A stretch of 64,000 nt of DNA, from assembly GCA_034226945.1 (NCBI GenBank), contig CP120456.1, positions 1-64,000 on the forward strand, in the 5' to 3' direction. Position numbers and translations under genes: made by a program. The notes under the pieces are model-generated. The model worked only from the letters and a program-made list of their open reading frames with translations. It did no database searches and was not told where the DNA came from. Origin of the DNA: Picochlorum sp. SENEW3 (lineage: Eukaryota). Below, one piece after another: positions 1-10,581 of this stretch (the first letter of the stretch is position 1; the number at the start of each line of letters is the position of its first letter).

Positions 1-1700
1 GCGTATATATTGACGAAACATTGTGAGAGGGCCGAAATCAAAATATGAGAGACGTTGCAGATCCTGAGTCTTTAGCTGGGGTGGACGAGTCTCTCAGGCA
101 GTAACTCGGCTCTTACTCGATACTGCCTGAAGAGGTTGATAAAGGGCTTTCTTCTTCAAGGCAGAGTGCTCGGCAGGAAGTTTTCATTGGCTTTATCGGG
201 GATAGTGAGCCTTGTTGCCCAGAAGGTGGAGGTAGTGTTAGCATGTTGCTGTCTTTCATGCGCTCGTCATTCTCAAAGAAGAATTGGCCCAGGATGTCAT
301 AGGGCACGTATTTGGAATTGGATCCTTGGTGAAGAGTGACATTCCGATGTCTCCAGAGGATGTCATTTGTATGAGCAATGATCTGCTGGAGTTGGCGAAC
401 TCAAAATCTTTTTTGTCACAGAGGCCTGTGGTACATGAAGAGGACAAGAAGTAGATTTAATTATTCTTATTTTTCTTTCGTATAACGTATCGCTTATCAT
501 GTGCAGTGGAGGTGATGGTTGAATTAGCCTACAGGACAAAAAGAAGATGCTTGGACAAAGTTGGGTCAACTCTTTTCCTCCTCAAAGTTACAAGGAAATC
601 ATTGGTTCTGGAGAGAAAGGGTCGCATCTCTCTCCTGAAATGTTTATTGTGTATATATTTATGGCCTTTGATGCCCAAAGATGTTTCCAAGAGGTGTCAC
701 GTCGTTCCAAAAGGAGTGCCTGGGCCATCCCAAGATGTATTACTACATACGTGTTCCTACTCCAAACAGTATTCTGGGTTCAACAGCAAAGCTCAGCATT
801 CTTCAAGGAAGACCACATAGAAAAAATACGGCATCTGCTAAAAAATACGACCTATTGTCATCCACGGCTCCACAGCTTGTTGGTTTGTGTTGTTGAAACT
901 GCTGGTTCCAGGATATGGAGAGACACTCCTCTAGGTGCACCATCGACTTGGAATCTCTAGGAAATTTCTGGAATATTATGGTTGAGAAAGAGTTATTCAA
1001 CAGCTCTTCTTCTCATGAGAAGAAGTATCTGGGTATTCTACTTTTCAATAGGCTGTGCCATGCTTGGAGTCACGTTGCAATGGATTATCGTGGTTGTGGT
1101 CGTACAAAATGCTGTATCAACAAGAAATTCTCTGCAGGGATGATGCGGTATCTTCTCTTATTACTCCAAAATTCATCAAGTGTTTGGGTAATAATTCAAA
1201 CAACAGACATTACTTGAACAAGGCCAGTAATCAGAACTACAGAAGTTATCAGAGAGTAAAAGATCTCCCATCTCCAGGTTGCAGACGAGGTTGTATCTAA
1301 AAATCAGCAACTATAGCGGCAATCAGTTAGGACATTACTTTAAGATTAGATTCAACGTAATGGTATGCAATCTAGTGGAGATGTGTGCTTTTTACCCCCA
1401 TGTGATTGATATTTTCTTGATTGTAGCAGGATGACAAATCGATGGAGGTTTGGCGGCAACCGTAAACAGGTCTACGAAAATTCTCTGCAAAAGATAGAAT
1501 CGTATGTTCATCATTTGCCTAAAATTCCGGGAATCAAAAAGAAATTTCAAGGAATCAGCCAGAGAAACTGTGACAGATCTTTTTCAAAATTTCATTGATG
1601 CATATCTCAAGAGGTATGTTGCTATTGCGTCTCTGGAATTGCTTGTACTGAAGGGAAGTAGAGCCACACGTCTTGCCATTCTGTAGGGTGCATCATTGCT
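1..1700 (+). pseudogene. Disrupted DNA polymerase phi / MYBBP1A (POL5)-like gene fragment
   Basis: Family-like blocks occur in order but in different frames with stops: YCLKRLIKG / SSSRQSARQ / FSLAL (~121-200), LLKNTTYCHPRLHSL (~835-880), FWNIMVEKELFNSSSSHEKKYLGILLF (~966-1046). Frameshifts fall inside conserved blocks. The right boundary is approximate. Confidence 0.6.
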
Positions 1701-1821
1701 TGACAGCGACGAGGAGCCGACGGACGGACGAGCATAAATCATGGGTGCTTTTGATGAATGGACTTGGGAGTCTTTCCAAAGCTGACAATTCTATCAGTAC
1801 TTCGTTCAGTTACGTATTGCT

Positions 1822-2870
1822 CCCTATACCCTATACCCTGTGCATACCGTCGTTCCTTGGCAGTGAGGGTAATGAGGGTATATAACACCATATTCACCCC
1901 ACTCCCACCACACAAACAAAAATAAACACAATTTCTAAATTAAATAATATACAAACTACCCAAAAATAAGAAAATATCCAAAAATCAAAAATAAAGCCAA
2001 GAAAAACACCACCAACAAGACCAAAATACCTAACCAAAAAACACACCAACCAAAAAAACATCCAAAAACACCACCAAAAGAACGAGAATATACAATACAA
2101 TATCAAGAAGAATAATAAGTAGTATAATAAGCACCTATACTATATATACAACAACAACAACGACAACAACAAAAGACACGGCACACCACAAGCTCTGCTA
2201 CTATTACTGCTCCTCCTCCTCCTACTACAACAACAAGAGAAGACAATAACAACAACAGCAACCAACACAAAAGAAGCAAAGCAAACCAAAATGGAAAGAT
2301 AAAAATCCCCGCTAATAATCATAATGACACAACAATCTAGACGAGCAATCAACAGGACAGAACAGACCAAAACACACACACAAGAAGAGAACAACCTGGA
2401 GATAGACTCACAGACAACATATAGTCATATGAGATAGTAGACGTATATATGAAAAGAATGCGTAAAAGGGATGAAACAAGAAAGAATGGAAAAGAGAATT
2501 GTCTTTGTTTCACAACAGCAAGCAAGCAAGTAGCAAGATGTGGCAAGCACCTTGTCCTTTGTAGCACCATTGCTGGAACAAGTATGTCAATATCATCATC
2601 ATGCATCGCATGCTTACTTATGTTGGTTTCATGTGTTGCTGGAATGAGGGTAGCATATAAATGCGACGCTTCGTGGGAAAAAAATGGGAAGATCTGGTCG
2701 TGCTTTACACCAAAGAAAGACTGCTGTGCTCCACATATCCAGGCGCCCCCATCAGAGGAGGTCTTCGATAGGAGAATAGGGAGAAGAGGGAGGATAGGAA
2801 AAACAAACACACGTGTTCGTAACCACGTGTTTTTTTCGCCCGTCAAACTCCTCTCGTGATGGGAGATGGG
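1822..2870. repeat. A/C-rich duplicated block, copy A, starting with telomere-like CCCTATA-CCCTATA-CCCT
   Basis: CCCTGTGCATACCGTCGTTCCTTGGCAGTGAGGGTAATGAGGG and the following ~400 bp are near-identical to sequence from 10582. Similarity then continues patchily (e.g. GTCAAACTCC..GTGATGGGAGATG at ~2842-2868 and ~12147-12173). Confidence 0.85.
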
Positions 2871-3307
2871 GGCAGGATCTTCACAGCCACAACGCCCAAA
2901 AGTCCGTAAAAAGACACAATAAAAAAAGATGACCCTGGGAGCCCCCCTGTGCCAATCTCGAACTTTGTGGAGAGGGCAATGAGGCTACATAAGCCAATAG
3001 TACACACACCTCCGCAACACGAACACAAACACACACGCAGGACGCAAACATAATTAACTAATCGCTTGAACTACTCTTCAGCATGAACACATCTTCGCAA
3101 CCAACAAAAAAACAGCAAAATGCACCACCATGCGCACACAAAATACCCTAAGATATACCCTACCCAAACCCACACTAAGGCACCCTACCCTTTCTTCACT
3201 GGAGAAGAAGAAGAAACAATACCGAGCGGAAAAGACAACAACAATAAAATCTACGAATAAAATATCGCACAGCAAAACAGCCCGACCCATTCCTCTGCTA
3301 CACTTCT

Positions 3308-3594
3308 TGTGGCAGCGTACATTGCCAGTCGTGGCCTGGACTTCCTTCGCAGGTTACACAACGTACTGCCAATACACTCTCGTGTCGTTGCCAACACAGA
3401 GCGTTCAACCTTCACACGCAGTGAGGTTCGATAGAAGAGGATGGAATAGAATACCAACCAATGTACAGAGGGTTCTCTCTTCCTTCACAAGATAGTTTGA
3501 ATTAGAAGTTGTTACATGAGAATAAATCTTCTCAGTATATGAAATTGACCATGATGACCAGATCTCTCCTACAGGGATGTAGCTCTCTGCTACA
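3308..3594 (-). mobile_element. Diverged solo LTR related to the Gypsy LTRs at 14907 and 20518
   Basis: TGT...TGCTACA termini. It shares GAGCGTTCAACCTTCACACGCAGTGAGGTTCGA, TTGAATTAGAAGTT and GTAGCTCTCTGCTACA with the 296-bp LTRs. No clean TSD. Confidence 0.8.
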
Positions 3595-4856
3595 ACTTGT
3601 GCATGCTTTTTCACAGCTGGCTGTCCTCGCCCTCCTCCACATCCAGGCTCCCATCAGACCAGGTCTTGGATCGAAGGAGGAGGAGATCACAAGAACAAAA
3701 TCTACCACTTCTTTTCCGTCGCCGGTCCAACACCCCTTGTGGATGGGGGTAGGGTAGAAGAAGAATGAAAGAACATGCCAGCCAGCGAAAACCACGAGCC
3801 ACCATTAGACAAGGCAGACGTGGTCTCAGGAGACATGGTGGTCGCCCTTTTTTATTGTCCTCATTTACGGAGAAATTCTCGATGGACACAAGCTGCCGTA
3901 CGAGACTACACCAGGGCGCTGTCACGGGCATGGGAGGCGCCCTGTCCACATCAGCAAAAAGTCCGTAAAAAGACACAATAAAAAAAGAGGACCACCCATG
4001 AGGCCGGATGTTGTCTGACGAGGACAAGCTGGGCAAAAAACTCGGGCCATGGTCGCACAGGGTGGTCGTGATTTTTTATTGTGTTCAATTACAGAAAGGT
4101 CGACCACTCGCGCGACTCTCGACTTCTGTGCCATCCAACACGGCGACAGGGTGCAGGTGCCGTCTGGTAGAATAGTTCATCTGAATTGAAGTACCCTCAA
4201 TAATGTATCTGCACGAACTATCACGCCTACCCTGCTTCTGCCACGGTGTTGCGTGCCACGGCATGCCATGTCGACACACCACGGTGACAGGCGTGTGAGG
4301 GATGGAAGACATGCGCTTCGTTCCATTGTATGCAATCTTGAGACACATATAAACGATATTGAACAGCAGTCCACCCGGCAACGGGGGGCAGATCCTGAGG
4401 TGTCGTGCCTCCACATACATTTCGAAAATGTTCTATTTAAGCAGTGTCTGCTGCTCTCTCTCTCTGTGTGTCCTCTCCTGGTGAGCCCTTGCCCTGGCCA
4501 AGGCCACCCCCACTGTGGATGGATGGGCATTCGAAAATTCAAATTGAAACTCGCGGACGTGCTGGCAGCCCACTTCGTGACCTGCCCGCCCGTTGCTCGT
4601 CCTCAATTTGAAGTGTTTTTCTCGGTACTACTCGTCGAGGTGAAAGGGGGGTGGTGGTGTTGATCCGACTGTCGCCTGCCGTTGTTGTGCGTGTGGTCAC
4701 GTCGCCTCCGAGCCCGGAGCGAGTCCTCGTAGAGACCGTCGAGGAGTTTGCCTATATATCTTTAGATATATATATATACTACTATTAGTTTACGTCGCTG
4801 CTGCTGGTGCTGCTGGTGCTGCTGGGGAGCCAGGTGCTTTTCCTTGTTGTTGATCT

Positions 4857-6617
4857 TTGTGGCCGTGCGTCCCTGCTATGGCCCGTGTCTCGGACTCCGA
4901 TTTGACGAGTCGCCAGGTGGTGTACACCCGGTGGCGACTGCGTGGTTTGTGTGTAGGTTCTCGCCGTGGGGCTGCGGAGGTGGTGCACAAGGTGTTTGAT
5001 CGTGGCACTGGAGCTGGGCGTGTTCGTGTGAAGCGTGTGTGGCTGGGTCGTCGTCGTCGGGGGAGGGTTGGGTCGGGTTTTTTGCCTGTCATGTTTGAAA
5101 TCGAGCCGCCAGGGGTGTCCGCACGCCGGATGCAGGACCTGGTGGCCGTGTTTGTGGGGGACCACCGCCGGGCGGGCAGCTATGCTGGCGCTCGGTGGAC
5201 GGTGCGTCCTGGTGTGTATTGCCGTGGGGGTGGGGAGGAGCGCGACTCGCCGGTGCAAGCCAGGCATCGTGCTCGGGTGATGAGCTGGAACTGCGCGGGG
5301 TGGGGCAAAGGGGCACAGGCGGGCAAGCGCAAGGCGTTTGTGCGCCTGCTGCGGCGCGAGCGTCCGGCGGTGGTGGGGCTGCAGGAGACCCACGTGGGGC
5401 TGACAGACCGCCAGGTCGAGGTCCCGGGGTACTACACGTTGAGTGCCCCGGTTCAGGATGACCTGGCGGGGTGTTGGGGGATGTGCATGCTGGTGGCACG
5501 GGGGCTGCACGTCCGAGCGTTGGACACTGGGGATGCCAACGTCCAGGCCGTGCTGGCAGGGGAAGGGGTGGTGGTGGATGCCCAGTGCGTCCTGGTGAAT
5601 GTGTACATACCAACAAGGGGGGCAGGGGGGAAAGAAACGCGACGAACCCAGGTGGTCAAGAGGCTGGGCAGCCTGGTGCAGCAGTGGTACGCCAGGTATG
5701 GAGACGCCCTGGCCGTGGTGGTCATGGGAGACTTCAACTGCCCCGACAGGGGCGACCTGGACGAGCTGCTCACCAGAGGGGAAGTTATGCTGCACCCTGG
5801 CCCGCTTCACATGACAGTAGTGGCCAACCAACACCCCACGAGGGTGTTGAAGTGCAAGGATGGTGTCAAGGAGACCACCCTGGACCACTTCATGGTGAAC
5901 ACGCCTGCTCGGAAACTGTTCAACAAACACGCCACCAGCCTACTGTCCTGCCGCGAGGACCTGCAATCGGATCATGCACCTATTGTCGTTGGCTTCAGGA
6001 GCCCAAAGGCGAAGCAGAGACAGCGAACACGAGAAGAAGGGCCCCCCTCAGCGAGTGGGGAGGAGGCCCTTGTAGAAGGACGACAGGAGGCTGCTGGAGC
6101 AGGAGGCTGGGCTGGAGCTGGAGCTGGAGATGCTGTAGAGTCGACTCACCGTGTCGGAGCGACTCCATTGGTAGACCTGGACCTCGTGGCAGCCAGGGAA
6201 CAGCAGATTGTGCATGACCCAGAGTGGCTCCACGTCGCCGTGGTCATCCATCAGGACAGAGAAGGAGGACAGCTGAGACAGGGACTGGAAGGAGCAGAGG
6301 CGCCGCCCAGCATCGCCAATCCACCCGAAGTATTTTATAGAACGGCGATGCGGGTGCTTCGCCGCCATGGGTGCATCAAAGACCCCAGAGACAGGAGGGA
6401 CCGCAGCAGACTGCAGGACAAGGACGAGCTTGGACAGAGGAAGAGGAAGAGGAAGCGCATGTCGTTGGCAGTGGCCAACGCGGTGCAAAAACGCATTAGA
6501 ATACGGAAACGAATAGAGAAAAAGAGTTCGGCCAGAACAGGGGCGCCTAGTACAGAGGAAGATGCCCAGGCACTGAGGGAGGCCACCACCAAGGCCAAAG
6601 ACCAAGGCCAAAGCTAG
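4857..6617 (+). CDS. LINE ORF segment 1: apurinic/apyrimidinic-like endonuclease
   Basis: Motifs MSWNCAG, GLQETH, VNVYIP, MGDFN, LDHFMV, SDHAPI. The segment ends because of a 13-bp tandem duplication at 6588-6613. Confidence 0.9.
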   Translation: MWPCVPAMARVSDSDLTSRQVVYTRWRLRGLCVGSRRGAAEVVHKVFDRGTGAGRVRVKRVWLGRRRRGRVGSGFLPVMFEIEPPGVSARRMQDLVAVFVGDHRRAGSYAGARWTVRPGVYCRGGGEERDSPVQARHRARVMSWNCAGWGKGAQAGKRKAFVRLLRRERPAVVGLQETHVGLTDRQVEVPGYYTLSAPVQDDLAGCWGMCMLVARGLHVRALDTGDANVQAVLAGEGVVVDAQCVLVNVYIPTRGAGGKETRRTQVVKRLGSLVQQWYARYGDALAVVVMGDFNCPDRGDLDELLTRGEVMLHPGPLHMTVVANQHPTRVLKCKDGVKETTLDHFMVNTPARKLFNKHATSLLSCREDLQSDHAPIVVGFRSPKAKQRQRTREEGPPSASGEEALVEGRQEAAGAGGWAGAGAGDAVESTHRVGATPLVDLDLVAAREQQIVHDPEWLHVAVVIHQDREGGQLRQGLEGAEAPPSIANPPEVFYRTAMRVLRRHGCIKDPRDRRDRSRLQDKDELGQRKRKRKRMSLAVANAVQKRIRIRKRIEKKSSARTGAPSTEEDAQALREATTKAKDQGQS

Positions 6618-6708
6618 GCAGAGAGGCTGGACAGAGGCCACACGCAAGGCCACTGAGGCAGCCAAGAGGGGCGACTGGGAACAAGTATGGAAATACATCA
6701 AGAAGACG

Positions 6709-8721
6709 GTGAAGAAACAGGTGGGGAGCCCCTTGGGTGTGCCGCTGCGAGACCCCGCCACAGGGCAGCTGGTGTATGACGAGGACAGCAAGGCGGGAGT
6801 CCTCATGGCCCACTTCGCACACCTGGCGGTGGACCCGCACCCACAGAGCAGAGAGTGGTGGGAGCAGCAACACCCGCTGCCCGAGGAAGGAGAATGCAAG
6901 GAGCTGGATGTGGAGGTGAGCTGGCCAGAGGTGTCGACCGCCTTGGCAAGGGCAACCACCTCCAAGGCACCTGGGCTGGATGGCCTGCCAAACGAAGTGC
7001 TGAAAATGTGCAAGGGGCCGCCCACGGCGATGGAGCCGCCCAATCCGATGGCAGCAGCACTTCTGGAGCAGTGCCAAGCGATGCTGGATGGACAGGTGTC
7101 TCAGGAACTCAACACCAGTGTGTTGGTAGCTCTGGACAAGCCGGGGAAAGATGCCCAGGAGGTGGGCAACAAGAGAGGCATCAGCCTCATGCCGACGCTG
7201 CTCAAACTGGCTACCAAAATAGCAGCGAATAGAATACAGAACCATACCCCCGAGGTGGCCAAGGAGCAGGCGGGCTTCAGGCCAGGAGAGGAATGTCTGC
7301 AAAACGTGGCAGCCCTCCACGAGGTGTGCCACTTGAGAAGGCACCACTGGGGGCAGCCCACCTACGTGGCCTTCATGGACCTCAAAAAAGCGTTCGATAC
7401 AGTACCTCATGCCGCAATGCTACACGTGTTACATGCCAAAGGGGTGAGGGGAAAAATATACAGGTTCATAGACAAGGTGTACCAGTCGGGCTCATTCGTG
7501 CTCCAACACCACCAGCAAGGTACCACCACCGCACCAGCACCCATCCAGCGAGGGGTCCGACAAGGGGACACATTGTCACCACTATTGTTTAGTCTGTTCA
7601 TTGACCACGCCATGGACGGCCTGGAGGGGGTGGAGGTGCCAGACAGACAAGGAAGGACGGTGGGCCACATGCGAGGGCTGTTGGTGGCCGACGACGCCGT
7701 GCTCCTGGCCCCACACGCTGAGGGCATCCAGGCAGCTCTTGCCAAATTTCAGACTTGGTGTGACACCTATCACATGCAAGTAGGCCACGACAAATGTGGC
7801 CTCATGGTGCCCCTCCCAGAGTTCCAACACCTGCAGGCCCAAGCCAAGGAAGCGCCAGATCAATTCATGTGTCAAGGCCAGCCCATCCCTGTAGTAGATC
7901 AGTACACATACCTGGGGCTCCAAATTGATCTTAATCTTAGCACAGACACATTGAGAAAAGGTAGACTAGAAGCTGGAGAGCAAGCGCTGCGGGCTTTGGC
8001 GCCAATGCTTGCTAATGCCCGAGTCCCACTGGCTCTCAAGGCGGTGTGCATCAAAGGACTGTTGCTGCCCACCCTCACATATGGGGCCGAAATTTGGGGC
8101 GCTGGGCCCTGCCAGGACCACACAGATATTCACACAATTTATAGCGATGCCATGCAACTAGCCATAGTGGGCACCAGAAAAGCCAAAGCCACCTACAGAA
8201 GAGACTCGGCCACAATTGAGCTGGGACTGCCATCGATCCAAGCCGCCATCACCACCGCGCCTACCAGAGCTATTAGGAAATGGACACAGTCAAAAACATG
8301 GATACAGGACCTTCTCCTCCACCACGACCATAGACAAATACTAGAGGCAGCTGTGACAGCGCTGCACACACCACCACCACATGCCACAGACACCTCGCCA
8401 GAGGCCCAGTACCAGCAATGGATCTGGGAACTGACTCAGCCAGCAATTACCACCACCTGCAACACAACATGGATCCACAAAGCCACCAAAGGAGCACTAC
8501 AGCAACTTGCCAACACCCACAGGACAATTGCCCATCACCACCACCAACCATTCTATGACCTGCAACAACCCACCACCACCACCATACCCACCACCAAGGA
8601 GCTGACGAAACACATAAAAAGACAGAGAGGATTAGAAGGGTCATTACGACCTGCCAAAGAGCAAAATCCACAGTGGCAGTGCCATATCAATACTGCCTCG
8701 CGACAGCAACCGCACTATTGA
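6709..8721 (+). CDS. LINE ORF segment 2: reverse transcriptase
   Basis: KAPGLDG, RGISL, QAGFRPG, DLKKAFDTVPH, GVRQGDTLSPLLF, VADD, YTYLG, LTYGAEIWG. Confidence 0.92.
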   Translation: MKKQVGSPLGVPLRDPATGQLVYDEDSKAGVLMAHFAHLAVDPHPQSREWWEQQHPLPEEGECKELDVEVSWPEVSTALARATTSKAPGLDGLPNEVLKMCKGPPTAMEPPNPMAAALLEQCQAMLDGQVSQELNTSVLVALDKPGKDAQEVGNKRGISLMPTLLKLATKIAANRIQNHTPEVAKEQAGFRPGEECLQNVAALHEVCHLRRHHWGQPTYVAFMDLKKAFDTVPHAAMLHVLHAKGVRGKIYRFIDKVYQSGSFVLQHHQQGTTTAPAPIQRGVRQGDTLSPLLFSLFIDHAMDGLEGVEVPDRQGRTVGHMRGLLVADDAVLLAPHAEGIQAALAKFQTWCDTYHMQVGHDKCGLMVPLPEFQHLQAQAKEAPDQFMCQGQPIPVVDQYTYLGLQIDLNLSTDTLRKGRLEAGEQALRALAPMLANARVPLALKAVCIKGLLLPTLTYGAEIWGAGPCQDHTDIHTIYSDAMQLAIVGTRKAKATYRRDSATIELGLPSIQAAITTAPTRAIRKWTQSKTWIQDLLLHHDHRQILEAAVTALHTPPPHATDTSPEAQYQQWIWELTQPAITTTCNTTWIHKATKGALQQLANTHRTIAHHHHQPFYDLQQPTTTTIPTTKELTKHIKRQRGLEGSLRPAKEQNPQWQCHINTASRQQPHY

Positions 8722-9443
8722 AACAAGGCCTCAAATCAGGAACAAGGGAGGGAATCTTCATTACACCATTAATAAGAGCAAGACTTAATGGATATGGTAA
8801 TCTTCTATACAGACAGAGACATTTTGCACCTGCAGTTCAAACCAATCTTCGCATTAATGGAATCAAAAGCGACCATTACTGCTGCTCGTGCAAGACACAA
8901 ACCAAAGACACCCTTCACCACCTAGGCATGGAATGCACAGCCTATGCAGAATTGAGAAATACGTACCTAAACAGCATGCTAGACCACTTTAGAGCATTAC
9001 TAAATGTAGAGGGCATCATGGATACAGACGAGGATCTCTGGATGCTCTGCCTTGGAGGCACCGGGTTAATCGCTGACAAATATTGCAACAATGATCTCTT
9101 CACAGAACTGACCAAATACTGGCTGTATGCAGATCCAGAAACACCATCACCACCACCACCAGAGAATGAGATAGAACCCCCATCACCAGCACCGCCGCCA
9201 TACCAACAAACGGCAGCATTTATCAAAAGTGTCATGACGAGACACACTAGAGCCATAGACAAGTTCCTTCGCCGCCATGAACGTAAAACAACCAAGAAGA
9301 CTCCACCACCAAGACAGCCATCATCATCAAGATCAGAGAGAGAGGGTCCAAGCCATGCTGCAGGCCACGGGTCCCAGAAACCCGAGACCACTCTCAAACA
9401 GTCAAAGATCACCTCCCTGTGGAGGAGAGCTCTGGCTCCATAA
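8673..9443 (+). CDS. LINE ORF segment 3: C-terminal zinc-knuckle-like region (frameshifted)
   Basis: LIRARLNG...CCSCKTQTKDTLHHLGMECTAYAELR resembles the CxxC..H..C motif at LINE ORF2 C-termini. Confidence 0.75.
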   Translation: MAVPYQYCLATATALLKQGLKSGTREGIFITPLIRARLNGYGNLLYRQRHFAPAVQTNLRINGIKSDHYCCSCKTQTKDTLHHLGMECTAYAELRNTYLNSMLDHFRALLNVEGIMDTDEDLWMLCLGGTGLIADKYCNNDLFTELTKYWLYADPETPSPPPPENEIEPPSPAPPPYQQTAAFIKSVMTRHTRAIDKFLRRHERKTTKKTPPPRQPSSSRSEREGPSHAAGHGSQKPETTLKQSKITSLWRRALAP

Positions 9444-10581
9444 CAGCCTCAGGACTGGGCAATTTCCTGAGTCTCGCGCCCCATTAGTATAGTTCTGGAT
9501 ACACTGAAGTAGGAGCGCGAGCATCCAGGTCCCTTGAGGATCTGGATAAGCCAATGCCACTGGTACGGCCTGGCTGTGGATCTCCCTGGGCACACTGATC
9601 CTTGGAGACTGAGCAAAGAGGGATGAAAGACAAGCTGTGACCCCTGGTGAAACATGGGACTCTTTTCCCTCGACGACGAGAAAACATCAAGAGCAAACAG
9701 CACAGACAATGAAGCCACGACATGATGCATGCTTTGGCGAAGAATTGCAGTGCAGTTTGAAACACATCGTCGTCGAGGTTTTCTTGCCCATGTCCCTCCC
9801 AGGAAGAGAAACAACCGACTCACCACTCATGTCAACCGTTTCTTGGAACTCTGGCGCTGGAATAGAGGATGCTGGGAGCTGGAATTGTGTCTGAAACTGT
9901 GGGCATGAGAGGAACCATGACAGGAGCCAGTGCTGCCTCCTGGCTCCTCTCTCATGCTACCTGGGCTGGCCTGTACCTGACTAGGACTGCCTCCACAAGA
10001 CATTAGGAATTATTGCACTGAAATGGGACGTCTGGGTAGTCAACATAGGTGGGGAACACTAGAGTCCCCCTCACCCATGGAGCACCGTGCATGCCTGCAC
10101 AGACTGCTCGTGGTAACCAAGCAGTGACAACCCACACAACCCAGAAATAGCACAAAAATTCCTAATGGTGTCCGAAACGGACACGGAGGAGGATGCATAT
10201 CGAGTGGGCTGGATGGGAGATGATAGCTGCCCCCATAGTAGGATAGCACCAGGCTCCAAGGGAACCTTATCCATACTATGGGCAGAGAATCTAAAAGATT
10301 CGAGCGCGCCCTCCTAGACAAGCTGACTCAGCAGAATCCGCGCCCCAGGAACTCTCCTAGCGAGGCGCCCTCCTCTGGGAGTCACGTCATCCAGTCACAA
10401 CACAGCCAACCGGGGCGAGGATTTGAACCCTGGCCCTAGGGGCAACATCCGCCCTTAGCCCATAGTAGACCCCCACCCTTCAACACAACCCAACCCCAAC
10501 ATTTTCTCACCCCTTCCTTAGCCCAAATGTTCCACATTTTGTTCATATAGCTATATCTTCATCTCTATTGTAAAAAAAAAA

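Larger units (their letters stand above)
4785..10581 (+). mobile_element. Non-LTR retrotransposon (APE-type LINE, RTE/RTEX-like), 5' boundary uncertain
   Basis: APE endonuclease, RT and C-terminal Cys/His domains in order, then a ~1.1-kb 3' UTR and an A10 tail at 10572-10581. Confidence 0.9.

Noticed and set aside
1894..2394. Hydrophobic 'membrane protein' ORFs on the minus strand (also 10786-11911)
   Set aside because: Artefacts of A/C-rich low-complexity DNA and microsatellites.
4785..7410. Long minus-strand ORFs (381, 331, 287 aa)
   Set aside because: Antisense shadows of the GC-rich LINE ORF.
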